From Desulfobacterales bacterium (GTDB lineage Bacteria > Desulfobacterota > Desulfobacteria > Desulfobacterales > UBA2174), in the NCBI GenBank assembly GCA_963668645.2, contig CAXXWC010000021.1, positions 128,001 through 192,000 of the forward strand: a DNA stretch of 64,000 nt, written 5' to 3'. Made by a program: the position numbers and the translations under genes. Below the pieces are notes generated by a model. It made no database searches and was not told the origin of the DNA. It saw only the letters and a program-made list of their open reading frames with translations. Each line of letters opens with the position of its first letter. The first letter of the stretch is position 1. Positions 10,048-19,476 of this stretch are shown here, in pieces.

Positions 10048-10968
10048 ATGGAAATCGTTCGTTTCTTGGCATCAGGTCTCACCTTTCTGACGGTGGGCTT
10101 TTTTCTGATGTTTGCATATTTTCATCTCGAAGAGCGATACTGGCGTAAAATCCTGGCCCAACGCCTGCTGGGAAAGACGCAGGATGCGGCGCGCATGGAA
10201 AAAAGACGACTGAAGCAGTGGCGCCGGACGGTTGCTTCTCTGGGAGGTGCCGTGATGCCCAAGCAAGAGGCCAAGACAGCCGGCATCGCAACGGCCCTTA
10301 TGCATGCCGGTTTCCGGAGTCCGGAGGCGTCCGCCGTTTACTGGGGTCTGCGGCTTATTCTGGCCGCAGCGTTCGGTGTCGTCTATCTTATCGTCATCCT
10401 TGTATCCGGCAGCGCCACGCCGGACAATCTGGTGATGATCTTTTTCCCCCTGGCCTTTGGATATGCACTGCCCGCCCTGTATCTGAGGATAAAATGCCGG
10501 TCCCGGCAGCATGAAATTTTCAGAGAGCTTCCCGACGCCCTGGACCTGGTCATGATCTGCCTTGAGGCCGGACTCGGCTTTGACAGGGCACTGCACCGGG
10601 CCAGCCGGGAACTGGCAACCGTTTCGCCGGTCCTGTCAAGGGAGTTCACCCAGTATTTCATCGAGATTCAAAGCGGTCTGCCGCGCCGGGCCGCCCTGCA
10701 AAAACTTGACCAAAGAAACGGCGTCAAACCGTTAAGCAGCGTCGTGAGTGTCCTGCTTCAATCCGCAAAACTCGGCACCGATATCGCGCATGCGCTCGGC
10801 ACCTATATCCAGACCATGCGCACGGAACGACGCCTCATGGCCGAAGAAAAAGGCGGCAAGGTTTCAACCCGGCTCGTATTTCCGCTGGTGCTGTGTATTC
10901 TGCCGGCCCTGTTCATCATCATACTGAGCCCGGCAATCATCAATATCGTTCAAACCCTGAATCGATGA
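10048..10968 (+). CDS. tadC: TadC inner-membrane platform protein
   Basis: LPDALDL..CLEAGLG, AEEK...LVFPLVLCILPA. Confidence 0.93.
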   Translation: MEIVRFLASGLTFLTVGFFLMFAYFHLEERYWRKILAQRLLGKTQDAARMEKRRLKQWRRTVASLGGAVMPKQEAKTAGIATALMHAGFRSPEASAVYWGLRLILAAAFGVVYLIVILVSGSATPDNLVMIFFPLAFGYALPALYLRIKCRSRQHEIFRELPDALDLVMICLEAGLGFDRALHRASRELATVSPVLSREFTQYFIEIQSGLPRRAALQKLDQRNGVKPLSSVVSVLLQSAKLGTDIAHALGTYIQTMRTERRLMAEEKGGKVSTRLVFPLVLCILPALFIIILSPAIINIVQTLNR

Positions 10969-10981
10969 CGGCTGACTCGCA

Positions 10982-11845
10982 ATGAACACAAGAAGATCGG
11001 CTATTCGTGCTGTAAAGCATAAATTCAATTGCAGTAAAATCCCCTGCCCGTGCCGCGCCGCAACCGCGCTTTGTCTGTGGGCTGTATTGCTGATATCCGG
11101 CGGTTGCGCCGGTGCCCCGGAGGCAAATCAATCCCGGCCCCTGTGGGAAGATTCGGCTAAAAATCCGGCCCTGGTATTGGAAAAAAGCACGCCGTTGCCG
11201 GACCGCCATCAACTTTGCCGGGAACTGATCCGCCTGGGACATTTTCAGGTGGCCCAAACCCAGCTCGAAGAACTTTTGGCCCAAGGGGAAAACAGCCCCC
11301 AAACCCATTATCTTGCGGGCGTATGCCAAAGAGAGCTGAAACTGTACCAAGCGGCTGAAAAATCATTTAAAACAGCCTTGCGGGCATCGCCGCAGTTCGC
11401 ACCGGCATTTAACGGTCTCGGCCTGCTGTATCATGATACGAACCGGCCGGAGGAAGCGGAAAATTTATTTCAGGAGGCCGTTTCCCACGATCCGGCGCGT
11501 GCCGATTTCTGTAACAATCTGGGTTTTTTTTATATGACCCGTGGTGAGTTCAGCCGGGCTGCCGAGCATTTTCGAACCTGCCTGAAACTCGACCCCGGTT
11601 ACGCCGTGGCCGTCAACAATCTCTCCATCTGTCTGGCCATCGAAGACCCGAAAGCCTCGCTTTCTCTGCTGCGGAAATATCTTTCAAGCGCCGAGGCCGC
11701 CAACAACATGGGGGCTGTTTTACAACTGACTGGACGGCCGCAAGAGGCGGTTGAAATGTATCAAAAAGCGCTGGAACTCAAACCGGATCTATCCACGGCC
11801 CGGTCAAACCTGTCAAACATGGAAAAAGTTCAAATGAGTCCCTGA
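10982..11845 (+). CDS. tadD: TPR lipoprotein, TadD-like pilotin
   Basis: Lipobox-like ISGG|C; several TPR repeats (AFNGLG, NNLG, NNMG); follows tadC. Confidence 0.8.
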   Translation: MNTRRSAIRAVKHKFNCSKIPCPCRAATALCLWAVLLISGGCAGAPEANQSRPLWEDSAKNPALVLEKSTPLPDRHQLCRELIRLGHFQVAQTQLEELLAQGENSPQTHYLAGVCQRELKLYQAAEKSFKTALRASPQFAPAFNGLGLLYHDTNRPEEAENLFQEAVSHDPARADFCNNLGFFYMTRGEFSRAAEHFRTCLKLDPGYAVAVNNLSICLAIEDPKASLSLLRKYLSSAEAANNMGAVLQLTGRPQEAVEMYQKALELKPDLSTARSNLSNMEKVQMSP

Positions 11846-11892
11846 CACGCGCTATCCATAAGAATCGACACGATCCTGACGAGGAGTTTGAA

Positions 11893-12204
11893 ATGGAAAA
11901 TTCATCAATGGTTCTACTTCCACCGTCGTGGGGCCGCCTGATGACGACGCTGGCCGTTTTGGCCTTGTCGGTGTTAGCCGGTTGTTCGTCCATGGGGCAG
12001 GATTCGTTTTCGGGTTCACCGGATTTCGGTGCGGCCTCCGGGAAATGGTTCGTCAAACAGATTGCATATCCGGTTGCGCCCCGTGATCTTTCGCCGGTTG
12101 ACGAAATAGCCGGTGGAACAGCGGCGGAAATATACGAAAACTGCGTAAAAGCCCTGCACACGAAAAAAACTGAAAGCTCCCGGAAAATGAAAGACCAGTT
12201 GTAA
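11893..12204 (+). CDS. Small lipoprotein of the Tad operon
   Basis: Lipobox LAG|C; in operon, stop overlaps the tadG start. Confidence 0.7.
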   Translation: MENSSMVLLPPSWGRLMTTLAVLALSVLAGCSSMGQDSFSGSPDFGAASGKWFVKQIAYPVAPRDLSPVDEIAGGTAAEIYENCVKALHTKKTESSRKMKDQL

Positions 12205-13670
12205 TGCGCTCTTTGAAAAAAACGTACGGCTGTCTGGGATTATTCGCCGGGCAACGGGGAAACATCGCGCTCCTGTTCGCCCTTTCGATTTCTGCGCTGC
12301 TGCTTGTTTTATCCTTTTCCGTGAACACGGGATATATGTTCAGCGAAAAGAACCGGCGCCAAAACGCCGTGGATGCCGCAGCCCTTGCCGGGGCCGTCCG
12401 GCTTTGCAGCGCGGACGCCGCCGCCTCGGCACGGGACGTTTTTTTGCAGAATCTGCTGCCGGGCGATCCCCTTCTTAGCGATTTTTCCGAAACGGATCTT
12501 GAGGTGGTGGTGGGTTTTTACGATGTCTTTGACGCCCACGGGGACTTTGATGTGTACAAAGACTTCATTGAAAAGGACCGCATGCCGTTGGATGAATATG
12601 AAAATGCGGTGATGGTCCGCCTTTTGTCGAAAACGAAACCGGTTGTGCCGGGTTTTATTACTACGGGCGACGCCGGCGAAGAAACAACCGTTGCTGCTTC
12701 GTCCGTGGCCTATCTGAAGCGCTACAGCATGGTGTCGCTGGCCGATGACCTGGATTCCCTTATCTGGGCGCCGGGATTTGAAAACGGGGACGTGCAGGCC
12801 AACGGGAACATCATTTACCCGACCGAGTCCACGCCGACGCTGGTCAACGCCGGGATGACGGCAAGCGGGACCATCCAGCAGTGCAAGGGCGGCTATTACT
12901 ACGGCTTCAACACGCCGGACTGGGATAAAATTATCGGCGCGGGCGCGGTGGGAAAAGAAGGCGTTGACAAAATAGAGGAAATCGTCCCCTGCGACAACGG
13001 ATATGTCGACACCCTGAAGGCCACGGCGGATGTGGTGTACGAGCCTGCCCAGGCCGGTACGGACAAAGTTTTCTTCGGCTATTGCGACGGTACGGCCTAC
13101 ATGTCCGGCAGTGGCATGGATCCCATCAACTTGTCCAATTGCTATTTGTTTGACATCTGCGAGGAGCCGGAAGAGCGGATCACCTATTTTTTTGATGCGT
13201 CCTCTGATGCAAACGCAAATGTCATTCTGACCACCGGCGTTTACAGCACCAGTGCCTGCCCTGGCGTTGTCCACTTCCCCAGGGGAAACCGCGTTTCAAA
13301 CGTCACCTTCATCGCCAATTGTCGCATCTTGCTGTACAACCCCAGCAACGTCGGCATCACCATGTTTGCCGGGAGCACGGGAGACCAGCAGGTCATCGTC
13401 ATTTCCTCCGACGACATCATCCTCCACCACAGCAGGAGTTCGGCCGTATACCCCAGGGGCATTTCCTTCCGGTGCGGCGGGGATTTTTACTTCAAGGGCC
13501 AGGGCGGATATTACCCGGGATCGCCGCCGGACGCCCTTTTGCGCATCGTGGCGGACGGCCGGCTGCATTCCGACAACAACGTCCTCGGCACCTATGATTT
13601 CATGTTCGGCCCCCCATGCCCACCCACCATCGCCAAACTCGGCCGGCTTGAAACCGTATCAGTGCCTTGA
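12204..13670 (+). CDS. tadG: TadG-like pseudopilin with large C-terminal domain
   Basis: QRGNIALLFA...QNAVDAAALAGA Tad N-terminal motif. Confidence 0.85.
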   Translation: MRSLKKTYGCLGLFAGQRGNIALLFALSISALLLVLSFSVNTGYMFSEKNRRQNAVDAAALAGAVRLCSADAAASARDVFLQNLLPGDPLLSDFSETDLEVVVGFYDVFDAHGDFDVYKDFIEKDRMPLDEYENAVMVRLLSKTKPVVPGFITTGDAGEETTVAASSVAYLKRYSMVSLADDLDSLIWAPGFENGDVQANGNIIYPTESTPTLVNAGMTASGTIQQCKGGYYYGFNTPDWDKIIGAGAVGKEGVDKIEEIVPCDNGYVDTLKATADVVYEPAQAGTDKVFFGYCDGTAYMSGSGMDPINLSNCYLFDICEEPEERITYFFDASSDANANVILTTGVYSTSACPGVVHFPRGNRVSNVTFIANCRILLYNPSNVGITMFAGSTGDQQVIVISSDDIILHHSRSSAVYPRGISFRCGGDFYFKGQGGYYPGSPPDALLRIVADGRLHSDNNVLGTYDFMFGPPCPPTIAKLGRLETVSVP

Positions 13671-13757
13671 TTCCCGGATCGCCATCCCCTGTCGATTCCC
13701 CGATGCCTTAAAAGCGGGGAAAATCCCGTATCAAGGCGTCCCCCGACAGCCGGCATA

Positions 13758-15545
13758 TTACAGGCCCGATACATACCGCAAAATGTAGAGCACTTCGGCC
13801 ATGCCGATCTTTCCGTCCCCATCGACATCGGCGCCGGCGTTCGCCGCCGGATCCTTTTCCACGCCTGCCATGGCTTTCAGCGCGGCAATGGCGTCTTCAA
13901 GAGTCACCTGAAGATCGCTGTTGACATCACCCATTGGCACGGCGACCACTTCGAAGGGACCGTAGTGATAGGTCTCGGAGGTATTGCCAGCTTTGTCCTG
14001 GGCCGCAACGTGGAGATAATAGCTTCCCGCATCCCCCATCTGAACCGTGTCCGGCAAAGCGGTTTCAAGGGCCGTCCCGGGGCTGGAATCACTCTGTGTG
14101 TCCAACACCCAGAAGTACCCGGCGATGCCGTCCGCCTCCAGGCCGTTAAAGGCATCCTGTGCCGGATTCCACGTGAGGGAAATCTTCCCGTTCGCCGCCA
14201 CCTGCGTATCCAGGGCCGGCGAAGATGAGGCCACGGTGGGCGCCGACGGTGCCGTGTTGTCCAGGATGGCATACCCGGTGACGGTGTTGCTCGGGTTGCC
14301 CGCGCCATCGATGCCGTGGGCGTGAAGGTACCATTTCCCGTCCCCGTCGCCTTTGACGATCTGATCGCTGAACGTATACTTCATGGCAACGTAAAACTCA
14401 TCCCAGGGATCGGGCGGGGTGGGGTCCTGGGTGACCACGTACTCGATGGTGCAGTTGGCCTCGCTGAATTTCACCCACCAATCCTTGGTTTGTTTGGGTT
14501 CGTCGTCGTCCCCGGTGTCGACGGTCTGGCCGTACGAATTGCCCCACATCAGCGTCGGCGGCTGCTTGTCCACGTTGAACCACGCACTGTACGTATAGTC
14601 CTCGGCGCCCACTACCCTGGCCTGGAGATAGTATGTCACGCTGGTGCCGTCTTCCTGGTCGGACCCGAAGACGATCTGTCCGTCATAATCGAGCCAATCC
14701 GACCAAGACCCCGTTCCACGCCACCGGTACTGGATCTGACCGGCGCCTTCTGTGAGGGAAACATTGAACGCCGTACTGCTGTAATGCGTGTCGGCGGGCT
14801 CCTGGACGATCGTCACGTGGGGGGCGATGTTGACGTCCACCTGCGCGAGAATCCGCTCGGTCTCATCGGCATAGTTCACCTCCGGCTGAAAAAAGGCCGC
14901 GGTGAGGTCGCCCCAGTTGGGATCGGTGTTTTTGACGGCGCCGATGAGTACCGGTGCCGGCACGAATTCCCCCGTTTCGCAGTTTACGTCGCCGTCATCG
15001 TTTTGAATCCACCCGGCTTCCATTTTGCAGATCTCCATCTGATGGACGACGAGGGAGTGCGATGACGCCGAATTGATGACCTGGACGGTAAAGGGCACCT
15101 TGAACATCACCTGCTCGCCGGTGAGGCGCCCCCCGCCGTCATCGCCGACGCCGGCGCCGATCATTTGAAGCATCCGGGGGATTTGCGAGTGCGGCTGCCC
15201 GATGCAGGGAATGACCGTGGTCTCCCCGGCGACCAGGGGATAGCCGAACATACCGTCTTCCGGCGGATTTTCCCCGCCGTACTGAAATCCGGAGTTGACG
15301 AAGGAATTTTCCGGCCGGACCTCATTGAATATGTCGTAGTCGTAGTCGATGCCCACCTGCCCCCACACGATATCCGTGGCATCGTCGACCTTGATCACAA
15401 GGGTGACGACGTCCCCGGGCAGGTAGCTGTCCTGGGCGGGTTCCAGCGCGAGGCTGATGTTCCGGCCGGCGGCGGCGGGCGCGGCGGAACCCGCAAGCAA
15501 AACGGAAAAGACGCATAAATAAAAGACAATATGGCGGTATTTCAT
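13758..15545 (-). CDS. Secreted protein with N-terminal cohesin-like domain, Ig-like repeats and C-terminal dockerin
   Basis: Sec signal ending APAAA; PGDVVTLVIKVDDATDIVWGQVGIDYD cohesin-like start; duplicated Ca-loops GDVNSDLQVTLEDA / DVDGDGKIGMAE; RBS AAGGAG. Confidence 0.75.
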   Translation of the reverse strand: MKYRHIVFYLCVFSVLLAGSAAPAAAGRNISLALEPAQDSYLPGDVVTLVIKVDDATDIVWGQVGIDYDYDIFNEVRPENSFVNSGFQYGGENPPEDGMFGYPLVAGETTVIPCIGQPHSQIPRMLQMIGAGVGDDGGGRLTGEQVMFKVPFTVQVINSASSHSLVVHQMEICKMEAGWIQNDDGDVNCETGEFVPAPVLIGAVKNTDPNWGDLTAAFFQPEVNYADETERILAQVDVNIAPHVTIVQEPADTHYSSTAFNVSLTEGAGQIQYRWRGTGSWSDWLDYDGQIVFGSDQEDGTSVTYYLQARVVGAEDYTYSAWFNVDKQPPTLMWGNSYGQTVDTGDDDEPKQTKDWWVKFSEANCTIEYVVTQDPTPPDPWDEFYVAMKYTFSDQIVKGDGDGKWYLHAHGIDGAGNPSNTVTGYAILDNTAPSAPTVASSSPALDTQVAANGKISLTWNPAQDAFNGLEADGIAGYFWVLDTQSDSSPGTALETALPDTVQMGDAGSYYLHVAAQDKAGNTSETYHYGPFEVVAVPMGDVNSDLQVTLEDAIAALKAMAGVEKDPAANAGADVDGDGKIGMAEVLYILRYVSGL

Positions 15546-15634
15546 GATGCCTGGCTCCTTGGCAATTAACATTCAGGTGGTTGACGATCCGCTTCACGTG
15601 GCACCCGCATGGGAGTGTCGGAAAAAACCGGCGA

Positions 15635-17515
15635 TCAGCGCAGGTTCAGGATTTTCTGTATCTGGTAGACGGCTTCCTCGCCGCCCACGACATTGTCCGC
15701 GTTGATGTCGGAAAAGGAGGTCCCGTCGTCCCAGTCATAGACCGTCATTCTCATGCACTGGTAGAGGTCTTCCAGGTCCACGACCATGTCGCAGTTCAGG
15801 TCCCCGGCCATCCCCGTCGTGAACCACCACACCGGGCCGTCCTGGCTGGCCCCGTCCTTGTGGGCCGTGACGGACCATTTATATTCGGTCTGAAACTCGA
15901 GGGGCGGATCGCAGAGGTACCGGGGCTCGGTCAGGCCGGACACCCATGGGACGGCCGGTTTTTCCTCATCCGCCTTCCAGACGTAGAGGTCGAAGGAATC
16001 GGAGCCGTCGAGGTTGTCCGTCCACGTGAAGTTCGGCGCCACCCGCCAGCATCCCCGGGTGGGATATGGGTCGGGATTGAGCACCGGCGTCGACGTCCAT
16101 CCGTCGTCAAAATCCGGGCCGTTGTCGCCGAAGCGGGTGGTCTTCTGATTGTCGGTGTATGGTTTCACCTTCATATCCGCCTTATCGGTGGAAGCGAATT
16201 TCAGCGTGGCGTAGGCGACGCCATTTTCCAGCTCGTCAAACCAGAAATCCTCCCCGGGGATGCAGGTATTCTGCAAATAAGCAAAACGGAAGGTCGCCAG
16301 CAGATAGTCCTGGCCGGCGGTCAGCGGTTGCGATAGGTCATCGCTGCTGGATTTCATCTGGATGCTGCTGATGCGGTTTTTCGTTTCATCTTCCGCGTAC
16401 TTGCTGCAACTCGGTCTATTGTCGTTGATATAATACGATTGCATTTGGTCAAGACTTAGTTCGGTGTTATACGCCACCTCTTTTAGTAAAAGCTCCCCGC
16501 CGAAATCGAACTGGCTGAACCCGACGTCCATATAGTAATAGTAAAGGGTATCGTCCACGGCGGCGTGAAGATAGACCTTGACCTCGACCTCGTCACCCAC
16601 GGCGACGGTCTGAAGGCCGGTCTTGTCCATCCACAGAAAGTGCTTGGTCCCATATGATGAAAACGTCCATACGTCGCTCTCATACGTCGTCTCCCCGGAT
16701 ATGCCCGTCACCTGCCAGTAGTAAACGGTAATGTCATCGAGCAGCGCCGCCGGAGTGAACTGCTTGGCCGAAAGCCCTGTGGCGGTAGGCGTTTCAGGTT
16801 TTTCCTCGCCCTCTTTCCACAGGTAGACCTCATAGCTGTCCACTTCGACATTGCTGCCCCAGGTAAATACCGCATCCACGGGGATCTGTGTTGAATCCAC
16901 GGCCGGATACGGCTGGACAAAGGGCGGGGCCGGAGAACCGTCGTCGAAATTGGGGCCGCCGTTTCCCAGCAGGACCGATTTCGTGTTGTCGGCGTATGCT
17001 TCCGGATAGGTGCTGGAACTGTTGTCACAGTACAGCCGGAAGGAACTATCGGTCTGGTCCAGCCAGACATCTTCCCGCTGGTAGTAGTCGTTTTGCTTGT
17101 AGGTGAAGTTGATGGTGAACAGAAGATAGTCCTGGCCGGCGGTCAAGGGGTAGCTGGCAGAATTGTTTCTGAGATAGATGTAGACATAGCTGGCCGTATT
17201 GTCGTTGGGGTATTTGTCCGAGGACCCGGTATATAAATTCAGACTGCTGGCCGTCGGCAGGATGGCGTCATTGATGGTCACGCTCTGGTATTCCAGCTCG
17301 CCGCCGAGGCTGAAGTCGTCGAACCCCATATAGACCTTGGCCCGGTAAATCCCGTCGTCCTCCTCGGCGTGCAGGTAAAAACCAACGCTGACCGTGCCGT
17401 CGATCGTCGCGCTCTGAAGGCCGGTTTTATCGATCCACACATAATGTGCCGATGCCTGCCCGCAAAAACAAAGCGCCATCAGGAACACAAGTCCGTATAC
17501 TGCTTTGATCTTCAT
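15635..17515 (-). CDS. Secreted protein with two tandem cohesin-like + FN3-like modules and C-terminal dockerin
   Basis: Signal ending QASA; internal repeat HYVWIDKTGLQ / HFLWMDKTGLQ with PLTAGQDYLL twice; GDLNCDMVVDLEDL / SDINADNVVGGEE. Confidence 0.72.
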   Translation of the reverse strand: MKIKAVYGLVFLMALCFCGQASAHYVWIDKTGLQSATIDGTVSVGFYLHAEEDDGIYRAKVYMGFDDFSLGGELEYQSVTINDAILPTASSLNLYTGSSDKYPNDNTASYVYIYLRNNSASYPLTAGQDYLLFTINFTYKQNDYYQREDVWLDQTDSSFRLYCDNSSSTYPEAYADNTKSVLLGNGGPNFDDGSPAPPFVQPYPAVDSTQIPVDAVFTWGSNVEVDSYEVYLWKEGEEKPETPTATGLSAKQFTPAALLDDITVYYWQVTGISGETTYESDVWTFSSYGTKHFLWMDKTGLQTVAVGDEVEVKVYLHAAVDDTLYYYYMDVGFSQFDFGGELLLKEVAYNTELSLDQMQSYYINDNRPSCSKYAEDETKNRISSIQMKSSSDDLSQPLTAGQDYLLATFRFAYLQNTCIPGEDFWFDELENGVAYATLKFASTDKADMKVKPYTDNQKTTRFGDNGPDFDDGWTSTPVLNPDPYPTRGCWRVAPNFTWTDNLDGSDSFDLYVWKADEEKPAVPWVSGLTEPRYLCDPPLEFQTEYKWSVTAHKDGASQDGPVWWFTTGMAGDLNCDMVVDLEDLYQCMRMTVYDWDDGTSFSDINADNVVGGEEAVYQIQKILNLR

Positions 17516-17636
17516 CAATCCCCCTGTTCGATAAATGCGCAATTGTTGATATTTTACGCCAAGCCGGAACGGCCTTTTTAGTTCACCGCTAGCTTTTCCA
17601 CGTGAAGATGGCATTATCTTTCATCAGACTACGGAT

Positions 17637-17676
17637 TGCTCATATTTTGTTGCGTATTAATGGGATTTTATTGCGG
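17637..17676 (-). promoter_or_regulatory. Putative AraC-type operator overlapping the -35 region of the cohesin/dockerin operon
   Basis: Minus strand CCGCAATAAAATCCCATTAATACGCAACAAAATATGAGCA; CGCAA(T/C)AAAAT repeats 21 bp apart; GATAAT lies 17 nt after GAGCAA. Confidence 0.6.
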
Positions 17677-17730
17677 TATCAGGGAAGGCCGGCATCTTCT
17701 GAAGGAGATGTGCAGGATCACAATCCCCCG

Positions 17731-18558
17731 CTATGAATATTTATGGGCGTTGAGGAAGGATGAAGGACTAACACCCTCGATTTTTTTAAAAACCCTGGAG
17801 AAATAGGAAAGGTCGTTAAAACCTACAGCAAAGCAGGTCTGGGTGATATTTACGCCCTTGGTTCGCATGGCGCTTTTAGCGACCTGAATACGCCTGTGAT
17901 TGACATATTCAGTGAATGAAAGTCCGGTTTGTACTTTAAACAATCGTGAAAAATGATATTTGCTAATACCGGCCGTTTCTGCGACCTCGGAAAGTGTCAG
18001 GGATTTATTGTAATGTCTGTTGATATAATCAATCGCTTTTTTAAAATTTTTCGGTATTTCTAAAAATTCCCGAGCGGTTTCAGTGCCGATTTTTGCATTC
18101 TCGTAAACGGCGTCATGGATATTTTCGACTCTTTTTAGCAGCATATCCAGAATGTATGCTTTTACTTCAGGATACACCGAAATCATGTTACTGAAATCCC
18201 TCCCACATTGGAAAAAAATGACCATCGGTTCCTTACATTTCATGTGGTACAATGCTTTTTGTTCAGTGGTAGCCGCACATAATCCGAAGATATCGCCAGG
18301 TCCCAGCGTTTCAAAGGGGACCTCTCCGCATTCTATGGTATCGAAAAGGATTTCGGCGCTGCCTGTTTGGATGACGCCGAACTGAACCGACCGGGCGCCC
18401 CGGCAAAAAAGATACTCTCCCTTGCAGCAAATCCGGCAATAGAAAGTCTTCGACAATTTTGCCAGCTCCAGCCGGCTCAAATGATGAAACGGCCTGTGCT
18501 TTGTCAGCAGGACAAAAATATCTTCATTGCTGTAGAGTGGCGATTGTTTTTCCGGCAT
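17731..18558 (-). CDS. AraC-family regulator with N-terminal cyclic-nucleotide-binding (Crp-like) domain
   Basis: F..LS..EL..L, KGEYLF..G, LGPGDIFG cNMP motifs; LSEVAETAGISKYHFSRLFK and VGFNDLSYFSRVFKKIEGVSPS AraC double HTH. Confidence 0.9.
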   Translation of the reverse strand: MPEKQSPLYSNEDIFVLLTKHRPFHHLSRLELAKLSKTFYCRICCKGEYLFCRGARSVQFGVIQTGSAEILFDTIECGEVPFETLGPGDIFGLCAATTEQKALYHMKCKEPMVIFFQCGRDFSNMISVYPEVKAYILDMLLKRVENIHDAVYENAKIGTETAREFLEIPKNFKKAIDYINRHYNKSLTLSEVAETAGISKYHFSRLFKVQTGLSFTEYVNHRRIQVAKSAMRTKGVNITQTCFAVGFNDLSYFSRVFKKIEGVSPSSFLNAHKYS

Positions 18559-18574
18559 TCCTCGACCGTCGCTC

Positions 18575-18609
18575 AAAAAAAATCCCGGGCTGCGTGTGCA
18601 GTCCGGGAT
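18575..18609 (-). terminator. Intrinsic terminator, probable expression platform of the riboswitch
   Basis: ATCCCGGACTGC-ACAC-GCAGCCCGGGAT followed by a T run, between aptamer and regulator start. Confidence 0.8.
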
Positions 18610-18672
18610 CTACCTCTTAATCCGCAATGAAAGCGAAGAGCCCGGCGCCGTCCGCGCAGCCGTTGCCTATGT

Positions 18673-18829
18673 GTCCAGGCAGGTCTTCTGACTTCCGGTT
18701 CTTCCTACTGGCCGCGCCTTCCCAACCCTTCGGTCAGTGGCACTTGCGGCTTTCGTCACCGATTACAGCGGCGGGCCCGTCCCCGAATTTCACGGGGTTC
18801 CCTATTAAACTCACTACGAGCACCTGGAC
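18673..18829 (-). ncRNA. Cobalamin (B12) riboswitch
   Basis: Minus strand: P1 GTCCAGG/CCTGGAC, GGTGC, AATAGGGAA, CCGTGAAATTCGGG, CCCGCCGCTGTA, GCCACTG, GGGAAGGC, B12 box AGTCAGAAGACCTGCC. Confidence 0.95.
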
Positions 18830-18837
18830 GGTTATTG

Positions 18838-18864
18838 ATTATCTACACAAAGAGAAAATGTCAA
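18838..18864 (-). promoter_or_regulatory. Possible sigma70 promoter of the riboswitch leader
   Basis: TTGACA-N15-GATAAT just upstream of P1; spacing is short. Confidence 0.35.
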
Positions 18865-18970
18865 TGGAAACCGGCGCAAAGTCATAGCACCTCCGGCAGA
18901 GCCGGAGGCTTGAATTTGTGAATCGCTCAAAGCGGTTAGTTCATGGGCCACCTCAAAGGTGGCAGGCTCT

Positions 18971-19402
18971 TTACTTGAAAATCGCCAATTGTTCTAACCG
19001 GCGATCTTCACTTTCCTGGGCCTGGATATACTCGCGGACAGTCTGCTCGTCTCGGCCGACTGTGGACACATGATATCCTCTGGCCCAGAACTGCTGACCA
19101 GTAAAGTTCCGCCGACGGCCTAAATAGTTCCGCGCTATGTGGATCGCGCTTTTTCTTTTGATGTAGCCGATCACCTGCGCGACCGCATACTTGGGAGGTA
19201 TAGAAATGAGCATATGCACATGGTCCGGCATCAGGTGCCCTTGGAGCACCTCGCTCTCCCGGGCTTTGGCCAATTCTCGAAAAACCGCGCCAAGGTACCT
19301 GCGCACCTCGCCGTATAAGCTCTTCTTGCGGTACTTGGGAATCCAGACCACATGGTATTTGCATTCCCATCGGCTGTGGTTTAAGCTTAAACTGTTGTCC
19401 AT
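18971..19402 (-). CDS. tnpA: IS200/IS605 Y1 transposase TnpA, separated from its RBS
   Basis: YHVVWIPKYR, HUH motif DHVH, FWARGY, catalytic Y in REYIQAQ. Confidence 0.92.
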   Translation of the reverse strand: MDNSLSLNHSRWECKYHVVWIPKYRKKSLYGEVRRYLGAVFRELAKARESEVLQGHLMPDHVHMLISIPPKYAVAQVIGYIKRKSAIHIARNYLGRRRNFTGQQFWARGYHVSTVGRDEQTVREYIQAQESEDRRLEQLAIFK

Positions 19403-19476
19403 GAAAGCGGCGGTGGTCCCCAAAAACTGGACAATGGTGTAAGCTCTAAGTCAGACCGAAAAAGGAGGATCTGACC

